From positions 17,156 through 81,155 of the forward strand of contig CALDDM010000002.1 in NCBI GenBank assembly GCA_937936355.1: a stretch of DNA of 64,000 nucleotides, read 5' to 3'. Below the pieces are notes generated by a model. The model was not told the DNA's origin. It was given only the letters and a program-made list of their open reading frames with translations, and did not search any database. Both the position numbers and the translations under genes were made by a program. The stretch's first letter is position 1. Each line of letters begins with the position of its first letter. This stretch comes from Minisyncoccota bacterium (GTDB taxonomy: Bacteria > Patescibacteriota > Minisyncoccia > Moranbacterales > GCA-2747515). Of the stretch, positions 1 to 10,967 are shown in pieces.

Positions 1-540
1 AATCATCTCGATACCAATCGAGAAGTCGTTGACTGCTGTGCGACCATCAGGTACTCGTGATCGACCTGCATGATAAGCTATATCCTTGTCTAAGACAAGT
101 CTGTGTATCTGACCATCGCGTGTGATGATATAGTGTGGCGCAACGCCGTAACCCTTGAATATTTCTATGATCTTACCGAGATCATGCACTTTGACAGTAA
201 AAGGATTGTAGACACTGTGAACTATAACCGTGTCAATAGAATCTGCAGATCTATTAGCCTGCGTAAATCCCCAGTCTGTAAGGCGATCCGTAATGACTAA
301 GCTCTGTTGATTTTTTGTAACCGGCTCTAATTGATCACCCCCCTCATCGCCCACCTCTACTGAGGGAGTCGTAGCAACCTCATCAACTTCTTCAATCTGT
401 AGCGATTGCTCTATGGGTACTACAATTTCCGCACTACCGCATCCACTTGTGAGCACAGCCGCTAAGATTATTTTTGTGTATAAAGCCTTCTTCATGAGCA
501 TATTATAGCACCTGTTTGTTTTTCTCATTACTGGTGATAA

Positions 541-568
541 CAAAAAACCTCCCAAAGGAGGTCTTTTG
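541..568 (-). terminator. Rho-independent terminator (GC hairpin acctcccaaaggaggt + T-run on minus strand) after hup
   Basis: Inverted repeat cctccc/gggagg followed by a U-run on the minus strand, immediately after the HU stop. Confidence 0.55.
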
Positions 569-606
569 CTCACCCGATTCATATCGCGAACGCGTCATGA
601 ATTCGA

Positions 607-933
607 TTACATCTTTACCGCGTCTTTCAAAGCCTTTCCAGCTTTGAATTTTGGTACTGTTGTTGCAGCAATCTGAATGCGCTCTCCTGTCTTTGGGTTT
701 ACACCCTGACGAGCTGCACGGTCAGACGTCTTGAACGAACCAAATCCTGTGAAGGTTACTTCGTTACCAGCCTGCAATTGCGATGTGATCTCATCAACCA
801 TCCCATCAACAACCGCCTCAACATCACGCTTTGACATATCAAGTTTTACCGCTAGTGCATCGACGAGCCCACCTTTTGAAATTTTTTCAGCCATATTTTT
901 TTCACCTTCCTTTCTAGTAATTATTTTTTTCAC
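607..933 (-). CDS. hup: DNA-binding protein HU (histone-like). The true start is probably the internal Met at ~894 (MAEKISKGG...)
   Basis: Translation carries HU/IHF family signatures (GFGSFKTSDRAARQGVNPKTGERIQIAATTVPKFKAGKALKDAV); ~95 aa from the internal Met. Confidence 0.85.
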   Translation of the reverse strand: MKKIITRKEGEKNMAEKISKGGLVDALAVKLDMSKRDVEAVVDGMVDEITSQLQAGNEVTFTGFGSFKTSDRAARQGVNPKTGERIQIAATTVPKFKAGKALKDAVKM

Positions 934-1152
934 TGTCTTTAACGCATGTATTGTACATGGTTAAGCGGTTTTGCAGCAAACACTACTTATCCACAGGCTC
1001 ATCATAGCACTTTTACTTGTCGTACGCACCTACTATTTGATCACTTTTTCTCACTTGATTACCACTGGGTGAAATTCTAGCCTCTTTCTCTTACCCCCAC
1101 TTTCACTGCATATCACCTTTTCGACATGGACTGCTTCACACTACCTTCAAAC

Positions 1153-1180
1153 AAAAAACACCATTTCTCTGGTGTTTTTT
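1153..1180 (-). terminator. Rho-independent terminator (aaaaaacacca...tggtgtttttt)
   Basis: Hairpin flanked by an A-run and a T-run, downstream of the 1270..2025 minus-strand gene. Confidence 0.5.
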
Positions 1181-1269
1181 GTAGTATGGTCGAGTACAGA
1201 TTTCTGTACTCAACCCCCACCCTTTTTGCAGCCGTAGTTGGCGCCTTGTCTATCTTTGCAATTGCTCTG

Positions 1270-2025
1270 CTAGAACGCTCCTCTTGCTATTTCACGTAAT
1301 GCTATTTCAACATAATGACTAAAGCTGTGTCTGTTTTGCTCAATAAACTGCTCCAGTTCATTATGTGACCTTTTGTCTACCAACTCTACTGCCCTCAATT
1401 CGTCTGAGCCATTAGCGTTTTTGTAGTTTTCTAGAAATTTACCTGAACTGTGATCTATCGGCAAGTGATAGATTACAGCTACCTTACCCTCACCGCCACC
1501 TTTTACGATGTATGTTGGGTTCAATTTCCCCGCTTTGTACATCGTCGTCAGCTGCAGGTTTAAACCCACCTCCTCATGAATTTCTTTAAGCGTTAGACTA
1601 CTCAGATTGAATATTCCATTTTCATCCAGAACATCCTCTTCTAGGCCGCCACCTATAGCTTGTATGCCACCTGGCCGCGCTGTGTGTTGTGCCATTCGCC
1701 CGAGAACGATGTCTCCATTAGATGTTTCAAGAAAAGCTGCAATATGCAGAACATTGACCGCATATCTTCCTACATGTTGGCATTTGTCTTGTGACCATAT
1801 ATAGTGAGCATAGTCAGTCTCGAGGAGATCACATGCCAACAAAGTACTGCTTATTTGCATATCATGAATATGATATACTGACTTGTTTTCGAATACCCTG
1901 CCAGCATCCTGCAGCTCCTGAAAGTATTGATCAATTTGTTCACGCACTCCCATTGGCAAGTTAACACTCTCCCCTCGGGATTGTACGTGAATTTTCTTTG
2001 GTGCCTTATGAATCGTTAGACCCAT
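1270..2025 (-). CDS. Hypothetical protein with a weak Nudix-like segment
   Basis: 251-aa ORF with protein-like composition; segment GGGLEEDV...LKEIHEEVGL only loosely matches the Nudix box. Confidence 0.4.
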   Translation of the reverse strand: MGLTIHKAPKKIHVQSRGESVNLPMGVREQIDQYFQELQDAGRVFENKSVYHIHDMQISSTLLACDLLETDYAHYIWSQDKCQHVGRYAVNVLHIAAFLETSNGDIVLGRMAQHTARPGGIQAIGGGLEEDVLDENGIFNLSSLTLKEIHEEVGLNLQLTTMYKAGKLNPTYIVKGGGEGKVAVIYHLPIDHSSGKFLENYKNANGSDELRAVELVDKRSHNELEQFIEQNRHSFSHYVEIALREIARGAF

Positions 2026-2130
2026 GTCCTCTCCTTATAGTAAGAACTCTTCTGACTGTATTATTACTCCCACTTCATTATTGTGTCAATTCTCTACTCA
2101 AGATCAACACCTTAATTACTAACTTGCTTT

Positions 2131-2886
2131 ATGGCTACCACGAAAGTTATCATCCTTGCAGCAGGTAAGGGTTCGCGTATGAAGTCAGATACTCCTAAAG
2201 TTCTTCACTGCATTAACTCTAAGACAATTCTTGATCATGTCATTGACGCAGCAACAATCTGTGATAGTAAGCCAATTGTCGTCGTCCGACATATGTCTCA
2301 GGTGATCCGTGACACCTTCAAAGACCGCGTCTTCTATGCCGATCAAAGTGCCGTGCCTGGTACTGGAAGCGCTGTTCGCGCAGGCATCAATTTGGTGCCA
2401 AAAGATGCAGTGAATGTCGTCATTATCTGTGGTGATAAGCCATTTATCCAGTCAGCCTCCCTTGAGTACCTTGTCAGACAGAGACATCATTCAAACGCGC
2501 CTCTGAGTATGGGCTATATTGATGTTCGTGACGCATCAGCGTCTTTGCGTGATCATTGTGCATCTATGGGCAGACTCGTCTGCGATCAACGTGATCGCAT
2601 AACACAGATTATTGAGTATTCAGATGCTACGGACACAGAACAGTCACTCCCCCTCCGTAATGTAAGCTTTTATTGCTTTGATTACTTGTGGCTCATTAAA
2701 AACATCGATGCTCTCACATCACACAATGCCCAACAAGAGCTTTATATTACTGACTTGATCTCAGAGGCCGCGCGTACACCAGAGGGCGTTGTCGGTATTA
2801 AATTTTCGCCAGAGGAAGGTTTTGGAATCAATACAAAAAATGATCTTGAATTTGCCACTAAGCACATTGCTACCCTGACTCGCTAG
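2131..2886 (+). CDS. Sugar-1-phosphate nucleotidyltransferase, like the GlmU N-terminal domain but without the acetyltransferase domain
   Basis: N-terminus VIILAAGKGSRMKSDTPKVLH matches the GlmU/nucleotidyltransferase G-rich loop; 251 aa. Confidence 0.7.
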   Translation: MATTKVIILAAGKGSRMKSDTPKVLHCINSKTILDHVIDAATICDSKPIVVVRHMSQVIRDTFKDRVFYADQSAVPGTGSAVRAGINLVPKDAVNVVIICGDKPFIQSASLEYLVRQRHHSNAPLSMGYIDVRDASASLRDHCASMGRLVCDQRDRITQIIEYSDATDTEQSLPLRNVSFYCFDYLWLIKNIDALTSHNAQQELYITDLISEAARTPEGVVGIKFSPEEGFGINTKNDLEFATKHIATLTR

Positions 2887-3035
2887 TAAGGAAATTAATA
2901 TATGCCACAGATCTATCTCAGTTGCTTATGCATTTTTTAGCCCTCCCCTTCCGACTCCTCTTTTTTCTTACGATATTAAAAAACCTTGCATAATCTGCAA
3001 GGCTTTTATTTCTTTCATCATTTTTAAGCTCTAGG

Positions 3036-4640
3036 TCATCGAGCGTATTCGATTGCGCGATTTTCACGTATAACCATAATCTTGATTTCTCCAGGATATT
3101 TAAGTTCTTCTTGCACTTTATTTGCAATTTCTGCAGCAAGCTTCTGCGCGCCGTAGTCATCAGTTTTTTCTGGATTTACAAAGACACGCACTTCGCGACC
3201 TGCCTGAATTGCATATGACTTTTCTACTGCATCAAAGCTGTTGACCGCCATCTCAAGCTCCTCTAGACGCTTAATATAATTTTCTACGGTATCTTTGCGG
3301 GCACCTGGTCTCGCTGACGAAAGCGCGTCTGCAGCTGTAACGATATACGCCTCTGGGATCGCGTACGGGTATTCATCATGATGCGATCGCATGCCAAGCA
3401 CCACCTTGTCATCTATACCAAATTTCTCCAGAATCTTAATGCCGATTTCCACGTGCGTGCCTTGCACCTCGTGATCTACAGCCTTTCCAATGTCATGGAA
3501 AAGTCCTGCCATTTTTGCTGTTTTTACATCAGCACCCACTTCTGCAGCTATTGCTCCTGCCAAGTATGAAACTTCCAGTGAATGCAAGAGTACATTTTGC
3601 TTGAAGCTCGTACGATACCGTAGCCTTCCCAGGATGTAGAGTAACTTTGGATCAAGTCCCGCAATACCGACTTCATATGCAGCAGCCTCGCCAGCCTCAC
3701 GAATTCTATTATCTATTTCTTTTTCTGCCCACACAACAATCTCCTCGATTTTTGCAGGGTGAATTCGTCCATCTTCAATAAGTTTTTCTAAGGCGATCTT
3801 TGCTATCTCACGGCGGACTGGGTCAAAGGCACTGATCACTACTGACTCTGGTGTCTCATCTACAATCAACTCCACACCTGTCGCCCTCTCAAGCGCACGA
3901 ATGTTGCGACCCTCCTTCCCGATGATTTTTCCTTTGACCTCCTCATTTGGAATTGTCAGTGTTGACGTCATAACCTCAGCTGCGTGAGATCGAGAGTACT
4001 TCTGGATCACCTGCGTCATAATGTTTACAGCCTCTTTCTCCCATTCTTCTTGCTCTCGTCGCTGTAAGGTTGTCATGCGTTGAGCGAGGTTTTCCCGAGA
4101 TCTTTCTTCTGCAAGCTGTAACAACGCTTTCTTTGCTTGTTCGTGTGTAAGTCCAGCTATCTTTTCCAGTCGCTCACTCTGTTCATCCTTGATGCTTTCA
4201 ACCTCTACTCGTGCATCTCGTACCTCAGCCGCTTTCTCCTCGAGAGTTTTGCGGGCTTTTTCCACCTCATCAAATCTCGCATCCATTGTTTCTTCACGCT
4301 TAACTAGCCGTTCACCGGCTTTTTTGACTTCTTCTTTTTGATTTTTGATTTCCTCCTGCGCTTTCTCCAAAGACTCTGCAGCCTTAGTTTTGGCCTCAAG
4401 TATTGTATCTTGTGCCTTTGTTTTGGCATCTGCAACAAGCTTTGTAGCTCGATTTTCCGCTTCACCAACTTGCTTGCTTGCAATATTTTTTCGAAAAAAA
4501 TACCCGCCACTTGCACCCACTACAAGGGCAATGGCTGCCAGCAGTACTGGTCCTGTAATCATAGTATTATAAGTCTCGTGCACACAGCATGTGTTTCCAG
4601 AGAAGAAGTGAGCCTCACTGCTTTTACGCAGTTTCCTCAA
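3036..4640 (-). CDS. rny: Ribonuclease Y (N-terminal TM, KH and HD domains). Likely start at 4562 (MITGPVLLAAIALVVG)
   Basis: Coiled-coil K/E-rich N-region, KH domain (KGKIIGKEGRNIRALE), HD domain (LLHSLEVSYLAGAIA...GLFHDIGKA). Confidence 0.85.
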   Translation of the reverse strand: MRKLRKSSEAHFFSGNTCCVHETYNTMITGPVLLAAIALVVGASGGYFFRKNIASKQVGEAENRATKLVADAKTKAQDTILEAKTKAAESLEKAQEEIKNQKEEVKKAGERLVKREETMDARFDEVEKARKTLEEKAAEVRDARVEVESIKDEQSERLEKIAGLTHEQAKKALLQLAEERSRENLAQRMTTLQRREQEEWEKEAVNIMTQVIQKYSRSHAAEVMTSTLTIPNEEVKGKIIGKEGRNIRALERATGVELIVDETPESVVISAFDPVRREIAKIALEKLIEDGRIHPAKIEEIVVWAEKEIDNRIREAGEAAAYEVGIAGLDPKLLYILGRLRYRTSFKQNVLLHSLEVSYLAGAIAAEVGADVKTAKMAGLFHDIGKAVDHEVQGTHVEIGIKILEKFGIDDKVVLGMRSHHDEYPYAIPEAYIVTAADALSSARPGARKDTVENYIKRLEELEMAVNSFDAVEKSYAIQAGREVRVFVNPEKTDDYGAQKLAAEIANKVQEELKYPGEIKIMVIRENRAIEYAR

Positions 4641-4860
4641 ATAACCTCGTACATTTTTTGATTTTTTGTCGTTGCACCGCTATTTCGTTGATTCTTTTCC
4701 GAAGAGTTCGTCCACTTCTGTATATTTGAGAGATGTGTCATTCATTTATATAAGATTATACTAGCGCAGAACATGTGAAAAGTCAAAAAATCTTGAGCTT
4801 CATTTCTTCTTGCATCCCCTGTATTTCTGCTATAATAGTTAGGCAAATACAAAATTACTT

Positions 4861-6432
4861 ATGATAGCACCAGTAGTCCTTGTAGTTCTTGATGGGTGGG
4901 GTCTTAGCAGTGATCCTGGCAATATCATTAACTCCACTCCACTCCCGACTTTTGATATCCTCAATCAGAATTATCCGATGATTGCCTTGCAGGCCTCGGG
5001 TATTTCTGTTGGCCTGCCATGGGGCGATCCAGGTAATAGTGAAGTGGGCCACATGACTATGGGAGCTGGTCGCATCATGTATCAAAGCCTTCCACGCATC
5101 TCCTTGGCAATTCAAGATGGTAGCTTTGCAAGCAATAAGGCCCTTAATAACCTTGCAACACATGTTACAGAAAAAAAGAGCGCCCTTCACATCATGGGAC
5201 TTGTAGGGGATGGTGCTGTGCATGCTAGCCGTGATCACCTCTACGCTCTTTTGAATTTTGCTAAGTCTCACAACTTTGAGGAAGTCTACGTTCACTGCTT
5301 TACTGACGGTCGTGACTCCTCACCAAAAGCCGCAGGAGACCATGTGATCACACAAATCCAAGAGGAACTCGGTCGCATTGGGATTGGCAAGATTGCCACT
5401 CTCATTGGTCGGAATTGGGCGATGGATCGTAATAACAACTGGGACCGCATCAAAAAAGCATATGATATGCTTGTCCACGGCAAAGGCTCTCTTACCAAGG
5501 ACCCTGTCGCATCGATTTCTGCGTCTTATGATGCAGGAATTACTGATGAGTTTATCGAGCCGCTCATCGTCACTGAGGACGGCACAAATCCTATTGCGCA
5601 AATCAAAGATGGCGATGGTGTTGTATTTTTCAATTTTCGTGACGATCGTGCCCGAGAGATTACCAAAGCCTTTTCACTCCCTGGTTTTGAGAAATTTGAT
5701 CGTGGACCTCAGCTTGACATCCACTTTGTTGCAATGATGGAGTATGAGAAAGATCTCCCTGTAAGCGTGGCATTTCCCCCTGAGTCTATCATCAACTCTA
5801 TTGGTCAGGTTCTCAGCGCGTATGATCGTCCTCAGCTTCGTATTGCAGAAACTGAGAAGTATGCCCATGTTACCTACTTTTTTAATTGTGGGGCTGAAGA
5901 GCCTTTCCCACTTGAAGACCACGTTCTCATCCCCTCGCCAGCCGTTGATCGTTTTGACCAAAAACCTGAGATGAGCGCCTATGGTGTAACGGATAAAATT
6001 CTCTCTACATTGAGTGAGAATAAGTATGAGTTTATACTAGTTAATTATGCCAATGCCGATATGGTAGCCCATACTGGCAATGAGTCTGCTGCGCGCGAGG
6101 CCATAAAAGTTCTTGATGTGTGCATGCACCGACTTGTGAAGGGCGTTCTTGCAACAGGTGGTCAACTCCTTATCACAGCCGATCATGGCAATGTCGAGGT
6201 TATGCATGATCCGCAGAGTGGAGCTATGGATACAAAACACAATACAAGTCCTATACCTTTGTGGCATGTGTCCCCAACAAATCATCGTCAGAAAAGTTCA
6301 GAAGAGCTTGCGACGCAGGAAAGAGAGATTCGCGGACTACTGAGCGATGTTGCCCCTACCATTCTGGATATTATGGACGTCCCTAAACCAGTTGAAATGC
6401 AAGGTGAAAGCCTTCGTGAGATCCTCAAGTAA
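4861..6432 (+). CDS. gpmI: 2,3-bisphosphoglycerate-independent phosphoglycerate mutase
   Basis: VLVVLDGWGLS...GNSEVGHMTMGAGRI, a typical iPGM N-terminus; 523 aa. Confidence 0.9.
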   Translation: MIAPVVLVVLDGWGLSSDPGNIINSTPLPTFDILNQNYPMIALQASGISVGLPWGDPGNSEVGHMTMGAGRIMYQSLPRISLAIQDGSFASNKALNNLATHVTEKKSALHIMGLVGDGAVHASRDHLYALLNFAKSHNFEEVYVHCFTDGRDSSPKAAGDHVITQIQEELGRIGIGKIATLIGRNWAMDRNNNWDRIKKAYDMLVHGKGSLTKDPVASISASYDAGITDEFIEPLIVTEDGTNPIAQIKDGDGVVFFNFRDDRAREITKAFSLPGFEKFDRGPQLDIHFVAMMEYEKDLPVSVAFPPESIINSIGQVLSAYDRPQLRIAETEKYAHVTYFFNCGAEEPFPLEDHVLIPSPAVDRFDQKPEMSAYGVTDKILSTLSENKYEFILVNYANADMVAHTGNESAAREAIKVLDVCMHRLVKGVLATGGQLLITADHGNVEVMHDPQSGAMDTKHNTSPIPLWHVSPTNHRQKSSEELATQEREIRGLLSDVAPTILDIMDVPKPVEMQGESLREILK

Positions 6433-6453
6433 ATTGTTAGCTTTTACCAATAC

Positions 6454-6486
6454 AAAAAGCTCCCCACATGGGAGCTTTTGCTTTTT
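6454..6486. terminator. Bidirectional rho-independent terminator between gpmI and clpP
   Basis: aaaagctccccacatgggagctttt hairpin flanked by A- and T-runs. Confidence 0.6.
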
Positions 6487-6502
6487 ACAGTCTCGAAAAT
6501 AT

Positions 6503-7096
6503 TTACCGTACGACGCTGTCTACTAATCCATACTTCTTTGCCTCTGTTGCACTCATATAATTGTCTCGATCCGTATCGCGTTCAATCGTGGCAATTTTTT
6601 GTCCCGTATGTTTTGCCAGCATCTTGTTGAGCAAGGTTTTTGTCTTGAGAATGTGCTGAGCATGAATCTCTATGTCACTCGCCTGACCCTGCATACCCCC
6701 TAAGGGCTGATGGATCATTACCTCTGCATGTGGCAGTATCGTTCTCTTTCCCTTTTCTCCGGCAGCAAGGAGAAGTGACGCTGCGCTTGCAGCCATCCCG
6801 ATACACGTCGTGCGCACATCTGGTCCAATATGATTCATTGTATCGTAGATTGCTAGCGCACTCGATACTACTCCCCCAGGAGAGTTAATGTAGAGTGTGA
6901 TATCTTCTTTTTTGTCCTGTGCGGCGAGAAATAGCAACTGCGCAATTACTGCGTTTGCGATTTCATCGTTAATCCCACTACCGAGGAAGATTATCCTGTC
7001 TTTGAGGAGTCGAGAGTAGATGTCATACGCCCTTTCTGTGTGACCGGATTTTTCAATCACAGTTGGTATGATGTAATTTGCGTGCTCTGTACTCAT
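6503..7096 (-). CDS. clpP: ATP-dependent Clp protease proteolytic subunit
   Basis: [23 protein letters not shown]...INSPGG...[10 protein letters not shown] (catalytic Ser motif). Confidence 0.9.
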   Translation of the reverse strand: MSTEHANYIIPTVIEKSGHTERAYDIYSRLLKDRIIFLGSGINDEIANAVIAQLLFLAAQDKKEDITLYINSPGGVVSSALAIYDTMNHIGPDVRTTCIGMAASAASLLLAAGEKGKRTILPHAEVMIHQPLGGMQGQASDIEIHAQHILKTKTLLNKMLAKHTGQKIATIERDTDRDNYMSATEAKKYGLVDSVVR

Positions 7097-7127
7097 TTTT
7101 TTGCATTATTGTCTTATGCGATAAAAG

Positions 7128-8450
7128 CTATAGGCCTGCCAACTTATCAAACACACTATTGTTGCGCATGATGCCTTTTGTGTACCCATACATTTCCTCC
7201 ATGTTGATCTTATCCTGCATACCTTCCATTCCTTGGTATGCGCCAAGTACCTTGTTCATTTCCTCTTGGATCTCTTCACTACTAGGCTCGATCTTGAAGT
7301 GTTCACCAAACTTTTCCAAAAGCATTGCGCTCACAATCCTTTTCTTTGCTTGTGGCCTCCACTGCTCCTTAAGTGCGCCCTCATCAATTCCTGTTCTCTC
7401 GAGATACTGCGCAAAATCCATCCCACTTCCCGCAACTTGTTGCTGCATTTCCCTGAGCATGCGCTCTACCTCTTCTGAGATCAGTGCGTCTGCTACGTCT
7501 ACATTTGTTTTTTCACTTAGCTGTTCTAAGTAGGCAGTTCTCCGCGCTTCAGCTAGTTCATTTTTTTTGCCTTCGAGCATGCCATCCTTCATATCCTCTT
7601 TAAGCTCTTTGAGAGACGTTAGCTCCTTAGCGGCACCCTTAGAGAGCTCCACTGCAAACGCATCGTTTAGCTCTGGCACTATGCGCTGTTGCACTTTTTT
7701 GATCGTTACATCAAAATCCGCTTCCTTGCCTGCTAAGTGCTGCGCGTGATATTTCTCAGGAAATTTTAGAGAGAAATTTTTCTGATCCCCAGCACTCAAA
7801 CCAATTACCTGCTCTTCAAATCCTGGAATAAACGCACCAGATCCAATGACGAGATTGTGATCTGTACTTGATCCCCCCTCGATAACAACTCCGTCTTGCT
7901 TTACCTCAAAATCTAGAATTACCTGGTCACCGTCAGCGACTGCGCGCCCTACGTCCTCACTCTTTGTTCGTGATTGTGCTAGTCCTTCTAACTCCTTCTG
8001 GACATCTTCGTTGCTTATTGCAACCTCTTTTTCTTGCGCATTAAAGTCTTTGTTAATTTCTTTGATCGTCTTTTCCCACTCTTCTGGAAGCTCACACATT
8101 GGAATCAGAGCGAGAGATATTTCTACCTCAACATCATTTCCCTCAGCAAGCTTTTTCACATTCACCTCTGGTGCTCCAGCTACTTTTAAACCATCTTTTT
8201 CTATTGCGTTTGTGAGCACTTCACGTAACTGGTCATCTACAACTTGCGAGAGAACTTGCATGCGGTCGACCTGACCTTTTGCCACGCTTTCTGGCACATG
8301 CCCTTTTCTGAATCCCTTCATACTCGCTGTGCTCTTTGCATTTTTTGTTGCCTCCTCAACACCTTCGTCAAAAGCTTTTTCTAAGTCAGTCCAAGCCAGT
8401 GTCACGTCTACAACTGCATTTCCATCCTTTTTTTCAATCTTGTAACTCAT
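7128..8450 (-). CDS. tig: Trigger factor
   Basis: 440 aa immediately upstream of clpP (conserved tig-clpP synteny); N-terminal ribosome-binding-like region and a central PPIase-like region. Confidence 0.8.
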   Translation of the reverse strand: MSYKIEKKDGNAVVDVTLAWTDLEKAFDEGVEEATKNAKSTASMKGFRKGHVPESVAKGQVDRMQVLSQVVDDQLREVLTNAIEKDGLKVAGAPEVNVKKLAEGNDVEVEISLALIPMCELPEEWEKTIKEINKDFNAQEKEVAISNEDVQKELEGLAQSRTKSEDVGRAVADGDQVILDFEVKQDGVVIEGGSSTDHNLVIGSGAFIPGFEEQVIGLSAGDQKNFSLKFPEKYHAQHLAGKEADFDVTIKKVQQRIVPELNDAFAVELSKGAAKELTSLKELKEDMKDGMLEGKKNELAEARRTAYLEQLSEKTNVDVADALISEEVERMLREMQQQVAGSGMDFAQYLERTGIDEGALKEQWRPQAKKRIVSAMLLEKFGEHFKIEPSSEEIQEEMNKVLGAYQGMEGMQDKINMEEMYGYTKGIMRNNSVFDKLAGL

Positions 8451-8521
8451 CTGCGTAATTTACTACTGTAATTATCTTCCCTCATGGAACCCTCTAATTC
8501 ACGGCAGCCCATGATATCCCG

Positions 8522-9070
8522 CTATTTTTTTGAGAACTTTTCTTCATAGAGTGCAATGGACTTTTCTACTGCTGCTATAGCGTCCTCTTTGCCTTTTATC
8601 CCATTTATCTGCACAATGTTTTTTTCACCTTTTTTGAGCTCTTTGTATGTCTCAAAGAAGTGCCTGTACTCTTTTAGATTGTGCTTATTGATGTCTTCTA
8701 AGTCTTGCACATCGTCCCATCTTTTATCTTCTACGGGAACACCAATCACCTTATAATCAGATTCCCCGCCATCGATCATCTCTATCACCGCCACAGGTCG
8801 CACAGATACTAGGATCCCTACATTGAGAGGAAACGTCGTCAACACAATCACATCGAGAGCATCGTTGTCGTCCCACAATGTCTGGGGTACGAAACCATAG
8901 TCAAATGGATATGGGTGCATCGAGTAGTTTGCGCGGTCAAGGGCGATCAGACCGGTTTCTTTGTCGATCTCGTACTTATTTGGAGAATTTTTTGGAATTT
9001 CGATGATCACATTTATTTCCTGCGGGATATTTTCCCCACGTGACACATCGTGCCAGAGATTCATTGCCAT
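8522..9070 (-). CDS. ppa: Inorganic pyrophosphatase (family I)
   Basis: NVIIEIPKNSPNKYEIDKETGLIALDR...DALDVIVL matches soluble PPase motifs. Confidence 0.9.
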   Translation of the reverse strand: MAMNLWHDVSRGENIPQEINVIIEIPKNSPNKYEIDKETGLIALDRANYSMHPYPFDYGFVPQTLWDDNDALDVIVLTTFPLNVGILVSVRPVAVIEMIDGGESDYKVIGVPVEDKRWDDVQDLEDINKHNLKEYRHFFETYKELKKGEKNIVQINGIKGKEDAIAAVEKSIALYEEKFSKK

Positions 9071-9102
9071 AATCTTAATGTTATTCGTTAATTTTTTGCA
9101 TG

Positions 9103-10689
9103 CTATGCCTTGCCTCCGTCGAGCTCATCCTGCAACTCCTTGAGCTCATCCCACTTACCAGCGGTGGCTAGCCCTGCTTGCTGCGGCCATGTGGTTGGGT
9201 CATGTGAGCCGCGCACTGATGCAATTTTTTCGCTCACATCTTTGGCATCTGCTTTGGCAAGATCTGCAAAAGTGATAATACCCTCTTGGACGAGTGTCTG
9301 CGCTATTTTTGGTCCGATGCCCTCAATCTTTGTCAGATCATCGGCGTCTGAGCTGTCTGATTTTACAACTTCCTTTTCCTCCTCTGCATCTGCAGCAACG
9401 TCTTTGCTTTCTTCTTTTTTATCAGTATCATCGCTTTTTGCATCGGTCGTAGCTTTGGCTACCTTGTCCTTAGCCTCTTTCTCAGCAAGTGACTGCTCAG
9501 ATTCGACGTCGAGATTCCAGCCTGTCAATTTCACAGCAAGACGTACATTCTGACCGTGCTTTCCAATTGCTAGCGATAGCTGATCATCTGGGACCATGAC
9601 GCGAGCATGTTTTGTTTCCTCATCAATCTCTACAGAAAGCACATTAGCTGGTGAAAGTGCCGCAGCGATGAAGTCTTCTGTTTTTTCGTTCCACTCTATA
9701 ATGTCTATTTTCTCGCCACCAAGAGCGTCTATGACAGTATTGACACGCATTCCTTTTTGACCGACACATGACCCGACCGGATCGATGTCCTCATCATCTG
9801 TCCATACTGCAATCTTTGATCGTGATCCTGCTTCTCGCGCTACCGCTTTGAGTTCTACGACACCAGAGTAGATTTCTGGCACCTCCATCTCAAACAGACT
9901 TCTCACCATTTCGGCATGTGTGCGTGATAACTTGATACCAGGACCTCGCGTGTCGAGCTCTACGCTCTCAATGTAGACTTTTACGCGCTGTCCAACACTA
10001 TAGTGCTCACCTCGTACCTGTTCGCGTGGAAAAAGCACTGCAACTGACTTTCCTAAGTCGACGAATACTGTGCGACCTTCAATGCGCTGCACAGTTCCAT
10101 TTACGATCTCACCCTCTTTTTCTTTGTACTCTTTGTACATCGCGTCTCGCTCAACCTCGCGTATTCTTTGGATGATTACCTGCTTTGCAGTCTGCGCTGC
10201 TACACGTCCAAATTCTGTCTCGGTTGGGAGTGTTTCTTCGATCGTATCTCCAATTGCAATGTCTTTGTCACGTTTTTTGGCTTCTTCGATCAGTATGTCC
10301 CTCTCTTCATTGTAGCGCTGCTTTTTTTCCTCTTCATCCTCATCACTACCTTCTTGCGCACCCTTTTCTAGACTCACGTTTTTTTCCGCTGTTTTGTGGT
10401 CGTCTTTTTTGACGTCGCTGTCTGTCTCTTCGTCTTCCTCAGACTCCTCTATAAATTCACGCGTTGTCTCGTCGACTACTTCTTTTACAAGGAAAAACTT
10501 CATTTCTCCTGAGATCGCATCCATCTCTGCTCGAATGTTTTGACCGCGTTTTCCGTACTCCTTTTTGTATGCAGCTGCGATTGCTGCCTCGACAGTTGAA
10601 TGAACTTGCTCCTTATCAATTCCTTTTTCTTCTGCAAGCGCTCCAATTGCGCCTGTGAAATCACCCATACTGATTTTTTCTTCAGACAT
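9103..10689 (-). CDS. nusA: Transcription termination/antitermination factor NusA with a long acidic/lysine-rich C-terminal extension and HhH
   Basis: NusA N-terminal domain (EAAIAAAYKKEYGK...FFLVKEVVDE), S1 and KH regions, C-terminal KIEGIGPKIAQTLVQEGIITFADLA. Confidence 0.85.
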   Translation of the reverse strand: MSEEKISMGDFTGAIGALAEEKGIDKEQVHSTVEAAIAAAYKKEYGKRGQNIRAEMDAISGEMKFFLVKEVVDETTREFIEESEEDEETDSDVKKDDHKTAEKNVSLEKGAQEGSDEDEEEKKQRYNEERDILIEEAKKRDKDIAIGDTIEETLPTETEFGRVAAQTAKQVIIQRIREVERDAMYKEYKEKEGEIVNGTVQRIEGRTVFVDLGKSVAVLFPREQVRGEHYSVGQRVKVYIESVELDTRGPGIKLSRTHAEMVRSLFEMEVPEIYSGVVELKAVAREAGSRSKIAVWTDDEDIDPVGSCVGQKGMRVNTVIDALGGEKIDIIEWNEKTEDFIAAALSPANVLSVEIDEETKHARVMVPDDQLSLAIGKHGQNVRLAVKLTGWNLDVESEQSLAEKEAKDKVAKATTDAKSDDTDKKEESKDVAADAEEEKEVVKSDSSDADDLTKIEGIGPKIAQTLVQEGIITFADLAKADAKDVSEKIASVRGSHDPTTWPQQAGLATAGKWDELKELQDELDGGKA

Positions 10690-10967
10690 AGTATCTATTA
10701 CTAAGATTAATTACGATTCATTATTTTGCACTGCTCTATTGCCGGTCAATGTTCGTTAACAACGATTGGTAAAAAAAATTCGCGCTTCTGGAAGAAACAG
10801 CGAACACACAGAAAACTCTGATACGTCAATCATACTCCCCATGCCCTTCACTGTCAAATTGCGGATTTATCATCTCCGCATCCTTGGTATTGACAATTTT
10901 TGTTATTTAGTGTATATTATCCTTACATGTATTTTCACATGTGACTCGTCCAGGAGGACATTTAATA

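Noticed and set aside
1270-2025. Confident Nudix hydrolase call
   Set aside because: The spacing between the GG-x5-E segment and the RE.xEE.G segment is too long for a canonical 23-residue Nudix box. It is kept as hypothetical.
4304-4661. Several short ORFs (both strands) within the rny N-terminal region
   Set aside because: The K/E-rich coiled-coil coding region generates low-complexity shadow ORFs. RNase Y is clearly the real gene.
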